Notes under the pieces: model-generated
Database searches by the model: none
The model's input: the letters and a program-made list of their open reading frames with translations, nothing else
Told to the model about the DNA's origin: nothing
Shown: positions 25,737-36,924 of the stretch, one piece after another
Layout: the number at the start of each line of letters is the position of its first letter
Numbering within the stretch: position 1 is the stretch's first letter
Assembly: GCF_001194135.2 (NCBI RefSeq)
Contig: NC_068991.1
Coordinates: forward strand, 43,589,018 to 43,653,017
Source: Octopus bimaculoides
Taxonomy: Eukaryota
Direction: 5' to 3'
DNA: 64,000 nt
Translations under genes and position numbers: made by a program

Positions 25737-26037
25737 CCATAACAAGGAAAGAGGGGAAAAAATACTTTGAAGAAAAGATTAAAAAATTTTTTTTTCTTCT
25801 TTTTGGAAAAATATATTAACCTTTTTATGGTTAAGAACTTTTGTTGAAAATGTGTTAAATGAGAAAGTTTAATAGTAATTGTTCAGACATTACCATACAT
25901 ATTACTTTGTTCAACTTCTGCATACAACAAAAAAAAAACATTCCTTAGAAAAAAAAATAATGCTAGCAGCAAGAGTTCTCGCCATGATGGTTGCTTGATT
26001 TTGAAGGTGAATAGTTTTTCATTTTTATTAACAAGTT

Positions 26038-26127
26038 TCATTGTTCCTCCATGTCCGTATGATTTGGATCTTGTAAAACATTCTGTAATGCAACTGGTGT
26101 CAGCCATTCTTTTGGTAATGCTTTCTC
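26038..26127 (-). CDS. DESI2: DESI2 terminal coding exon, 3' part only (EKALPKEWLTPVALQNVLQDPNHTDMEEQ*); the 5' part lies in N-gap 26128-26540
   Basis: LPKEWLTPxALQ is the conserved DESI2 C-terminal motif. TGA at 26040-26038. The reading frame runs directly out of the gap. Confidence 0.92.
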   Translation of the reverse strand, partial: EKALPKEWLTPVALQNVLQDPNHTDMEEQ

Positions 26128-28863
26128 NNNNNNNNNNNNNNNNNNNNNNNNNNNNNNNNNNNNNNNNNNNNNNNNNNNNNNNNNNNNNNNNNNNNNNNNN
26201 NNNNNNNNNNNNNNNNNNNNNNNNNNNNNNNNNNNNNNNNNNNNNNNNNNNNNNNNNNNNNNNNNNNNNNNNNNNNNNNNNNNNNNNNNNNNNNNNNNNN
26301 NNNNNNNNNNNNNNNNNNNNNNNNNNNNNNNNNNNNNNNNNNNNNNNNNNNNNNNNNNNNNNNNNNNNNNNNNNNNNNNNNNNNNNNNNNNNNNNNNNNN
26401 NNNNNNNNNNNNNNNNNNNNNNNNNNNNNNNNNNNNNNNNNNNNNNNNNNNNNNNNNNNNNNNNNNNNNNNNNNNNNNNNNNNNNNNNNNNNNNNNNNNN
26501 NNNNNNNNNNNNNNNNNNNNNNNNNNNNNNNNNNNNNNNTATATATGTGTGTGTGTGTCTGTGTGTGAGTTTGTCTGAGTGAATTCATATTTCCTTCATC
26601 TTCATGTGTGTTTGCTTGCTGGTTCTAAACAATGGCTTTGCTAATGTTAATGTTTACTTGCAGTCCACTCAAAAGTAAGTCTTGACATGTCTTGACATGT
26701 ACAATCTTTTTAAAACAAAAGGCTCATTCACATAGTGATGTTTGCTTCCACTTCCCAGGGTAAACTTGTTCAGGCTGTTTGTTGTTTGATAGATTATTAC
26801 CTGGAAACAAGTGGGGATTGTTGATAAGAAAGGCATCCAGCCATAAAATCTCTGTTCCAAACATGATCTTGTCTGGCCCATGCAAGCATGGAAAAGTAAA
26901 CATCACAGCAAAGATCCTTCCTACTTATCTATTATATATATATATACACACACAAAGTTGCTTATACAGTCATGAAATCATAGCAGTATGCAAGAGTAGA
27001 TAAGGGAAACATTCACACTGAGTTGACCTTCTCAAGAGAATCAGTGATATATAAGAAGCCCTTCTGATTGCAAACAGAAAAGTAAAACACAGAAGTCAAC
27101 AATTCATAAAAGAAATCAACTGAAACTTAGCTTTTTGTGTCATCTTAACAATTAGACTAAATCTAAAGGGTAACAGAATACAGATAGAGCTGTGCCAATT
27201 TAAATAATGCCTCTTCTGTAGTTAACTCCTCTTTCTAAGAAAATTTCTCTGAACAACTAAACTTGAAACTTCTATTAATTATAATGATGACAGCTTTTAC
27301 ATATGCTTCAATTAAAAAAAAAAAAAAATATTAATGAAATTGCAGCATTTGTTTTACTGTTAACTTCATCTCTAGAGATGAAACATTCTTTTAATTTTTT
27401 TAATTTTTAATATTTACATTCACATAATATTTTGATTTGTTTGATCCTCAGTCATCAAGTGTCTTACTCCTGGATATGTATTTAGTATTGAACTGGATTC
27501 AAGCTAGAAACTTTGTTTCTAAACTAATGTGTAATAACATTTTTATCAATCAAGTTATTGAGACATTGTACGTGAGCTGTAGTAATAGAAACAACTTTAG
27601 TTTGAGTTTACATGGGAAAAAGATAAATAATTAATGTAGCTGTGAACTGGCAAACCAGCTCTACAATATATAAAACAACATCATACAATAGATCAATGGG
27701 CACAGTTAGGGCAATGTGATTAAGAAGTTCATTTTGAAGTCATTGTTTGGTCCTATTGCATGGCACCTTCAGTAAACATCTACTGAGGTAAACATAGATC
27801 TTGTAAGTGAAACTGGGTAAAAGGAAAGTTTAGAAGTCCATCAGAAGACAGTGTCTTTTCAAGGGTCACCCACTTTAAAATCATCTGGCCCTTGGATGTC
27901 TTTAGTGGAGTTTACTCTGTCGCTAGAATTTGAACTAAGTCTCTGATATGAGGATATCTTCATGCACTGTGCCCTGTAGTTGTGACCATAGTTTTATCTC
28001 TCCTTTATCCAACACCTTCTTCAGAGGCTCTGTAAACATGTCATGATCGCTGCCCTTTCACCTCTAACTAAGCTGTAATTTTTCTTTTTTTAATTGGAAA
28101 AGAACAAGCTGAGCAAGAGGCATTATGTGTGCAACACTAACTAGAGAGAGAGAGACAAAGAGAGAGAGATAGGCAGATAGAGAGAGACTGAGTAGGTACA
28201 AGTAAGTAGAGGATGTGATCAGGTAAAAATAAAAGAAACAAGTGTGTGATGGTTAAGGATGTTTTGCATATGGATTGTATGAGTACTATGACATATCTGT
28301 AGAAGGTAGACCAAAGGGAAACAAGATTAAAATGCTTATCTCACTGGCTAACAACACTCTTTTTACTAGCTAGCACTCACCTGATGTCAAGTGGAGTAAT
28401 GTCAGATCATACCATAGAAACAGAGAACTGAATGAAGAATAAAAGAGGAGGAAATAAAAGAAAAATAAACAGGCTACTGTTATGATGAAGCATTATGGCG
28501 TGTACAAAATTGTGTATGTACATGTGTGTGTAATATAGTCACACACATGAGGGTATAAATATTTGTTTGTTGTTTTATTGCTGTTGTTTAGCATCAGGTT
28601 CATTACATAGACTCATGATCAAAGATGTTCTGGTTACGACCATTTTTACTTCACAAAGTGTACCTAGGACTACAATGAGTTGAAAGAAATTTGACAACAT
28701 AGACCCTTTGTTGACTCATGATATTTGTTTGTTGCGTGTGTGGTTGATATATACACAATGTTACATGCAAGTTACAGATCAGGAGAGCTACCTTATGTCA
28801 AATACATATATTTGAGGGAATCTCTTATATGGTTGTTTGATCAGCTAGAATTAGCAGCCAAAT

Positions 28864-29093
28864 AGGCGGCGAGCTGGCAGAAACGATAGCACGCCGGGCG
28901 AAATGCTTAGTGGTATTTCTTCTGCCACTATGTTCTGAGTTCAAATTCCGCCAAGGTCGACTTTGCCTTTCATCCTTTCATGGTCGATAAATTAAGTACC
29001 AGTTACGCACTGGGGTTGATGTAATCAACTTAATCCGTGTGTCTGTCCTTGTTTGTCCCCTCTATGTTTAGCCCCTTGTGGGCAATAAAGAAA
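28864..29093 (+). mobile_element. Young full-length tRNA-derived SINE with an 18-bp TSD, in DESI2 intron 4
   Basis: GGCGGCGAGCTGGCAGAA (A box)...GAGTTCAAATTCC (B box)...CCTTTCATCCTTTC..GTCGATAAATTAAGTACCAG core. TSD TAGAATTAGCAGCCAAAT at 28846-28863 and 29094-29111. Confidence 0.92.
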
Positions 29094-29597
29094 TAGAATT
29101 AGCAGCCAAATCTCCCTCAAATCATCTGAAATAAGGAAAGGAAACATTAGATACCCTTAAACAATCAGAATGGTAACAACTGGAATGCTTTTAATCAGGG
29201 TTGACATGAGACTAAATAACAACATGCATTTAATCACTCGAAGAAGCCTTTTGACCAATGACAAGTGTGCTAAATCTAAACTGACTTAGCATCAAAGTGG
29301 TCCATTCAAGTGGTTTTGAACAAAAAGGAAAGCATAACATATGATGATGCTGAACCTCTAGAAAAGTGATTCTCTTTTTGTAATGTTCATAGGAACGGCT
29401 ACCACCACACCTTGCTGGGAACAACAAGATTCAGTAATATACTTAGTAACAGAAAAACAATGTTTTAAACTGGATATGTATGAAGGAATGGAAGTATTAA
29501 AAAAGCCAAGCCACCAAGCAAGCTCTGTAGTAGGAAGCATGATTCTGTATATTATAGTGTTGGGATTAAGAATTGAAAAGAATTAAATGATACATAC

Positions 29598-29739
29598 TTC
29601 TGTTAAGATTGAGGAAAAATGGTTGCAATTTTTGGTTAACAAATGGTAATAATCTCCACGGAATTCCTTGCCCATTTCTCGAACAAGTTTCTGAATATCC
29701 ATAGGGTTAAAGTCTGTGGTTCCTATCACAATACTTTCT
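29598..29739 (-). CDS. DESI2: DESI2 coding exon 4 (142 nt): (K)ESIVIGTTDFNPMDIQKLVREMGKEFRGDYYHLLTKNCNHFSSILTE, contains the catalytic Cys
   Basis: ttttcatttcctatag|AGAAAGTATT...TTAACAGAA|gtatgt. The YHLxxKNCNHFS motif is diagnostic of PPPDE peptidases. Confidence 0.97.
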
Positions 29740-31309
29740 CTATAGGAAATGAAAACAAAATGAAATAGATATTATTGAATGAATGAGGAAAATAATACAA
29801 AAGCAGCTAACGCCTAACATGTAGTTCTAAACACTTTTCATGTTCAAACCATATAACAGATGTGTGTGTGTTGTGTGTGTGTGTGTGTGTGTGTGTGTAT
29901 GAAAGTATATGTGCAGATCAAAATGTGTATGTATATACTTTTACTGGATTGTGGCTATACTGAAGCACTGTTTTCTAGCATATAGTGGATAACATCTGAA
30001 CTTGAAACATAAAGGTACTTAACTAAATACCATAAAGTTATTTGTCCAAGACTGCTGATTCTATTGTCCACCCACTGTGTTTGCACTTATATAAATGTAG
30101 ATGTGCACATGCACCAATATGTGCATGTCTGTGTCTGTTCAGTATGTGTACATTTTCCTGCATTATTGATGGAGTGGATGCAGTTACATTCCTCAATATT
30201 GGCTTTGTGCTGTGTAAAACAGGCATTATTACTATTTCACAGGTGAATGGCCAAGGTCAATATTTAGAAGTGGAGTGACCATCCATCATTCCTTTGTGAA
30301 AAAGAAAGAAAAAACGTAGCAAAACAAAAACAATTTATATGAAAATATTTGAACTTAAAGACCTTGTTAACCTACAAAAATGTTCTTTTTCTTCTTTCTT
30401 CACTTTTACTGTTCTTTCCAGGCTATCACTGACTAGTTAGACCCTGAAGATATAAGCCATTAAACTACCACATCAAACAATGTAGTATGCTCATATTACT
30501 TCACTTATTTTATCAATCCCAGTTTATAGTTGGTTCTCACTACATGACAGGTGATAGATATACTTCTTTTTTGCAGGATTTGACAATCCAACTCAAGTCT
30601 CAAGCTAATCTTAAATTTGAAGGACAGAGTCACAGAAGTGCTACATTGAACAGCCAATTGGATTTCAAGTATTTATTTGATCAATTTTAGAGAAATATGA
30701 ATGATAAAGTAAATAATGTTCAGTAAGATTTGATCTGCTTGCCTTATCCATATACTAACTTAACTACCATACTGACAGAAGTAAATAGATGTACCTCTTT
30801 GACACCAGATAAACCATTGTTCTTATTACATGGAGTAAATTTTGTTTTCAAAGTTTTAACATTTGCACTGACAGTAACTATTTGACAGGGGTTGATAAAA
30901 TACAACCAAATACTGCTGTCAAGTTAATCCACTATTCTGCCACTCCAAATTTCAAGAATATTAGAAATGTCAGCATTATTATTATTATAGTAGTGATGAT
31001 GGATAGAGAGAATCATCAGACCATCAGGAAAATTGTCTTGCAATACGAGTTAAAAATTGTGCTGGGAGTTCAGCTTTGCTTTTCATCCTTCTGAGGTGAA
31101 AAAAGTTATCAGTTAGGCAGTAAGGTTGACGGTATTGACTATGCACTCCCTCCTCAAAATTGTTGGCCTTCTGCCTAAATTAGAAACAATTATTATAATT
31201 GTTGTTGTGATGTCAGCAACACATTGCTTCCCTAAAAGCTTTTCTTTTACATGCCAAATTTGTTTGGAAACCTTTTGGTAGATATTTACTGCAACAGTAA
31301 TGATAGAAT

Positions 31310-33050
31310 TCTAGTGCTATGAGTTGAAGAGTAGTGATGCTGCTGAGAAAGGACCCAAGTAAGGAAGAGCACATTGAAAATTCCTGGACCATAACTCTGT
31401 AAAATGTAGATTTCAACATTTTGGTCAGGATGTTAGCAAAGAGGTTGACACTTGTTTTTGATGGTCTGATTAGTAATCATCCTGAATAGATCTATCCACA
31501 ACAACTTCTACCTCATGTGAAAAATCATAGAGGAAGTAGGTAAGGAACCGAGCATGTGTAGGACCCTGATCAACTTAGATCAGTTAAACATTTTTGATAT
31601 GGTTCACTACCAATACTTGGCAGCTGTCTTTATGGCAGCCAGTTTCAGTTCCATCTCTTGTCGTTGGATCACTGCAATGTACAACAACATCTGCTCAGTT
31701 GTTAGGGTGAATAGCCACTGACTGGAATCATTTAGCATCATGTGCTTGGTTTGTCAATGTTATTCACTCTCATCTCTTCTGGATATACCAGCTCTGGAGC
31801 CACTACTGTGGAAATTAAAGACATTGAAGGGCATTCCATATGAACTAAGGTGTGGAATAACTATTGGCACATGCAGATGATGCCACCATCATAGTGTCAG
31901 ATACCAAGCACATCAAGATGATCAATTCTAAGGAACTATGAAGCAATGACAGGTGCAAAAATCAACCAAGAAAAGTCCATAAGCCTATAGCTTGACACCT
32001 GAAGTGACAGGTCCATGCTGTCCAACAGTGTCATGGAATGATGAATAGATGAACCAGTTAAAGTTGATTGGGGTTTGGTTTGGTTTGGTCCAGTTCTCCA
32101 AGTAGAAAAGAATTGGGATGAGGTGATAAACAGCATGGTCAATCTTACCCCAAAATAAGCTGTGAGATGCATTCCCTGAAAGGTTGGGTAAAGGTAAAAA
32201 ACACTTAGATTGCCTCTGTCATGTATTACTGCCTGACTATTGTTCCTTTCACCAGTTCCAATCTGACTCTTTTGGTTTCTGTGGAAGGGATATGTTCCAC
32301 TGGTCAGGCACACATTTTCTGTCAATACATGCTAAGTGGAGGTTTGGGCATGCTATGGCTGATGATGCACAGAGGCTGTGACATTTCCAGCAATTCCTTG
32401 ATAATGAACAGATATGGTTGCCATATATCAGACAGGTTTTTTCCCAGCTCGTCTCTTTGAAAGAACTGCAGTCCTGGGTCAAGCAAAGATCACAATAGGG
32501 TGCCTGGTATCTGGAATGCTGTCAAACTCTCATAACCCTCTACAAGCTGGACAATGCAGTTGGTGGAAGTTTCACTTTAGAATTCTATAAAGGGCAAGTA
32601 ACGGGCAAGAGTAACAATGTTCTTAGGAAGGCTCTGGGTATAGATGAAAATCAAGTGGTTGGTCTGTTCTAGAGGATTTTCAGGGCCCATGAATAACTTT
32701 CAGAAATCTCTGGCCAGGCAGTGCTACTGGAGGTGGGGAATTGCATAGAACAACAAAACTGTTCTGCACACACTTGGTCAGTACCTGAGCATTGCTGACT
32801 TGGGGAGTTGTGTTGAAATTCTGCTGTCATGTATAGGATGGATATGGCTGTCAGCTGAATCCATTGTGAACATCATCCCATCATCTACCTTTGGTCAGAA
32901 AAGCCAGGCAGCCTTTATCTGTCTTGCAGTCTCTGTGAAAGAAGCTGTGTGATGGACCAAATTGCAAGGGTTGAAGACAGACACTTTCCTCTTTGGCTAA
33001 GCTCTCATCAACTTTTATATATTAGGATGAAAAAGTTTTCTCTACTTTGC
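31310..33050 (+). mobile_element. Degenerate L1/Tx1-clade LINE ORF2 (RT and downstream), antisense within DESI2 intron 3
   Basis: VVMLLRKDPSK...PITL*NVDFNILVRMLAKRL; LINLDQLNIFDMVH; AHADDATIIVS (YADD-like); YEAMTGAKINQEKS; GGLGMLWLMM. Confidence 0.85.
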
Positions 33051-33062
33051 ATCAGTTTTTAT

Positions 33063-33400
33063 TCAGGTATTTTGCTCTCCTAAATTAGTGATCCTCATTG
33101 TGACTTGCAGAGGAGAATACTTTTTGCAAATTGTTGCAGTTGTAGAGTGAGGACAACTTTCTAGATAGGTTGCCTTCACTCTGGCTGAGAAGTAATATCT
33201 CTCCAAAATGTAAAGAAGAGGCTTAGTTAACAAGGGAATACACAATGGTGGTCTCAGTAGCTGAGCATAAAGGTTATCTCTATTATGAAAGTTGAGTGGG
33301 GTTAGCTTCATTCCAGAGGAGAAGCAACATCTCGCCATAAAGTAGAGTTTAGCTAGGAGGCTCATGGTAGTAAACTAAGGCCATTCTTAATACAGGTCAT
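33063..33400 (-). mobile_element. Possible CR1-type LINE endonuclease fragment
   Basis: ORF 33063-33365 contains LES..PHSTTATICKKYSP, loosely like CR1 EN ...HSTT.I..YRSP; purine-skewed decayed sequence. Confidence 0.3.
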
Positions 33401-34295
33401 CTCCCTGATGTTGGAGGAGGAGATTAGTTAACTAAGGGAGCCCACACAATGAGGGTCTAAAGCAGCTTGGCACAAAGGTTGCCTTTGCTATGTAGGTAGA
33501 AGAAGGGAGTTATATTCCATCTGAGAAGCCATGTCTCTGTGACGTAGGGAGTGGATTTAGCTAAAGGATTCACAGCAGTAGTCTGAGGGGGCTGGAAATG
33601 AGGCTGTCTCCATGATGTAGATTATGTGGACAAGCAAAGGGTATACTACGTTACTGAGGGAACTTATCGTAATAAGCTAATGGTGGCTGGACCTTGATTG
33701 TCAAAATCAGTAGATGGGGTACAAGGATGGATATAAAATGATGACCACTGGTTCCAACATTACAGATTGTAAATACTTACAGATGATTGGTATAGTCAGA
33801 ATAAATCTTGGCTAACACTGAAACTGAGTTCATGTTTTTATAATTTTGTCCTTCCATCAAATGATGGTATATGGCACATATGTTAAGCACTTTATAATGA
33901 CTACTGCATATAATCATATAACTAGTCTAACTGTAAATTTTGTTGTCAATAAGTAACTATTACATAGTCTACAGTTTTTTACAACACTTCATGCTGTCAA
34001 TGAACTAAAATCATGAGATGAACAAGTGCAAAAAAATAAGCTTCATTACTTAAATTTTCCTCTAGATAACACAAAAATCAGTAAACTTTCTGAAAGATTA
34101 TTAACACATCTGAAGGTGGTGCTCCGTCACACCTCAGCACTTATGGTTATAACAAACTAATCTAGTTTTCTGAGAAAATTTTTTAACAACAAAATGGCTG
34201 AAGCTGAAAATGAATCATTGTTTGGTGAAATTTTTCCAACATTTACATGGTCACTGTTTACAGAAATTAAAATGATCTGTAAAAAACATACTAAC

Positions 34296-34389
34296 TTGAA
34301 TTTGAAGTGTTCTCCAAGTTCTTTAGCCTCTCTTGGTTCCATTGAAAATATTCCTGATACAGGAAATGGATGTCCACCATAAGCATATT
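34296..34389 (-). CDS. DESI2: DESI2 coding exon 3 (94 nt): (E)[30 protein letters not shown](K)
   Basis: tttcatttctttctag|AATATGCTTATGGTGGACAT...AAATTCAA|gttagt. Matches family motif EFAYGGHPYPFSGIFEI...ELGETFKFK. Phases fit both neighbouring exons. Confidence 0.97.
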
Positions 34390-35370
34390 CTAGAAAGAAA
34401 TGAAAAAAAAATTAGATATGGTGCCTGAATAAAAGACATTTTTTAAAAAATTGTCAGCATGACATAAATTAATGCATACCATCACTAATTTTAAGTGACT
34501 ATTCTGATTTGTGACCTGAAAAATATGAGACCATCAGCCCTCTTCACTGCCCAATATAAGGCAACTAAGATAAACACTGGCCCTATGAAGCATTGAAAAA
34601 GTATCAAATAAAAGACCAGAGTATATCAAAGGGTTAAAACCCGCGATTTTAAACATCAAATTCTGCCTTTTACATATTTTCTATTAATGATAGCAATTCT
34701 AAGACAAAACACAGAAGTACAGCAGCTACCATATATAAATAGAGAAGAGATGTAGCTGAAGGATTAATTTCTACCTAAATTGGTGTAGAGGCATTTCAGG
34801 AAATCCTTAGCACAATGTATTAAGCTGTACTCATTCTATTTTTTAGAATTATCAACATCAGGTATCTGTAGATATCAATATTTGTTATTTTAAGGCAAAT
34901 ACATCACCTTGTACAATTTATAACAAAGAACTGCAATGGATCCACTGGTTTTACAAAAGGAGAGGATGTGAGCAAGTATGTTCTAGAAAAGTTTAATGAA
35001 GCTGTAAATAATGGACTCTTTATTGGATTTCTAAAATGAAGGAGAATTTGAACAAGAGCAGTCCATCATGTAAATGTATAAAAAGAAAGAAGTGGGTTTT
35101 CACAATTAATGGTATAGTATTATTGTAAAGAAGTATGAATACAAAACTCATCAAACAATAATCCTTTCTACTATAGGCACAAAGCCTGAAATTTGGAGGG
35201 AGGACACCAGTCAATAAGTACTCAGCTTGTACTTAACTTATTGATGCTGAAAGGTAAATTTGACCTCAGTGGAATTTGAAAAATAAAATAATATAGAACA
35301 ATAAGAGTTTAGCAGAGACCTTGCAACCACACACATACGCACACAAAAGAAAAACAGAAAGGGAACTTAC

Positions 35371-35443
35371 CAGATCCGTAGATTTGAACACCAGAATGAA
35401 ATACTCCTACACCCAACGAAGAAGTATATTCATTTATCCAATT
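35371..35443 (-). CDS. DESI2: DESI2/PPPDE1 coding exon 2 (73 nt): [24 protein letters not shown](E), contains the catalytic His
   Basis: Minus strand: ttttcatttcag|AATTGGATAAAT...TACGGATCTG|gtaagt. Translation matches the DESI2 family motif (Y)[22 protein letters not shown]. Phase 0 start, phase 1 end, joins in frame to 34389. Confidence 0.97.
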
Positions 35444-35834
35444 CTGAAATGAAAATATAAATTGTTATTGTTATTAATATTATTACTGTTGTAGTTCTTA
35501 TAATTGAAACTCTAAAACAACAACAGCAAAATAATAAACTGTTTCTAATTTAGGCACAAGGTCAGAAATTTTGAAGGGAGTGGGTTAGTCAATACCATCA
35601 ACACTTTATTTTATCAACCATGAAAGGATGAAAGCAAAATTGACATCAGTGAGATTTGAACTCAAAATGGAAAGAGTTGGAACAAGTATTACAAAGCTAC
35701 TTCTAGCAAGGCAACTGACTGTATAGGAGACCTTTGATTGGTTTGAAGGTTACACAGTAGCAAGGTCTGAACACATTGGAAACTGCCCAACATTTTAGCC
35801 ACATAATACACAATCATATTACATCTAATATTTA

Positions 35835-36243
35835 AGTAACTCTTTTACTTGTTTCAGTCATTTGACTGTGGCCATGCTGGAGCACCGGCTTTAGTCGAGC
35901 AAATCGACCCCAGGACTTATTCTTTATAAGCTTAGTACTAATTCTATCGGCCTCTTATGCCGAACCGCTAAGTTACGGGGATGTAAACACACCAGCATCG
36001 GTTGTCAAGCGATGTTGGGGGGACAAACACAGACACACAAACATATACACACATGTATACATATATATACATATATACGATGAGCTTCTTTCAGTTTCCG
36101 TCTACCAAATCCACTCACAAGGCTTTGGTCAGCCCAAGGCTATAGTAGAGGACACTTACCCAAGGTGCCACACAGTGGAACTGAACCTGGAACCATGTGG
36201 TTGATAAGCAAGCTACTTACCACACAGCCACTCCTGTGCCTAA
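35835..36243 (-). mobile_element. Near full-length tRNA-derived SINE with internal (TA/CA)n. Related copies at ~40405-40530, 47040-47190, 51770-52145, 55565-55850 (+) and 19850-19945, 38570-38660
   Basis: Minus strand AGGAGTGGCTGTGTGGTAAGTAGCTTGCTT (A box)...GGTTCAGTTCCACTG (B box)...GGATTTGGTAGACGGAAACTGAAAGAAGC...GCTCCAGCATGGCCACAGTCAAATGACTGAAACAAGTAAAAGAG; multiple recognisable copies in the window. Confidence 0.85.
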
Positions 36244-36689
36244 GATAACATTTCTTTTTTCAGAACTAAAATTTACCTTAGCTCTAGTCCTATATCTCAA
36301 GGCAGTATTCATAAGTGATGGAAGAAGGCTGAATTGAATGTTAGAATTGCACGTGCTGGCATAGTAATGTCTCAGCTCCAGTATTCAATCTTAAAAAGAG
36401 GAGAGGTTGATTAAAAAAGACCAAACTTGCTATTTTCAACTCAGTTTTCATGCCTTTCCTCACTTATGGTCATGAACATAGGATTATAACCAAAATAGTA
36501 TGATTTTGAATAAAAGTGGCTGAAATGGGGTTGCTTTGAAGGATCTCAAAAGTAATGTTACTTGACAAGGGTGCACAGCTTGGAAATCTTTTCAGGTTGT
36601 GCTGCTACTTTCCCACATTGAGAGGTTATAGCTCCAGGGCTACAGACATGTGATTAGAATGTTGCAATAAAGAAATGCAAGAAGGATTT

Positions 36690-36885
36690 TTCAAGCCAAG
36701 CCAACTGGCAGGAAATCTAGGGGTAGAAGAAGAATGAGATGGTTGGATAACATCCATAGTCTCAGTCGGTGACACTTGGGAATCCAGTTGGAAAGTGTAA
36801 TGACGGTTGCTTCTGATAGGACCGTATGAAGGAGGTACCTGAGGACACTACTCCCATGAAATAGTGGGCAGAGAAGATGGTTGGA

Positions 36886-36890
<5 letters not shown>
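36690..36890 (+). mobile_element. RTE-like LINE 3' fragment
   Basis: GKSRGRRRMRWLDNIH...DRTV, resembling the RTE C-terminal RGRPxxRWxDxI...DRxxW motif. Confidence 0.5.

Positions 36891-36924
<34 letters not shown>

Noticed and set aside
30042-30278. 78-aa plus-strand ORF inside DESI2 intron 3
   Set aside because: No recognisable domain, partly TG-rich low complexity, and no convincing splice partners.
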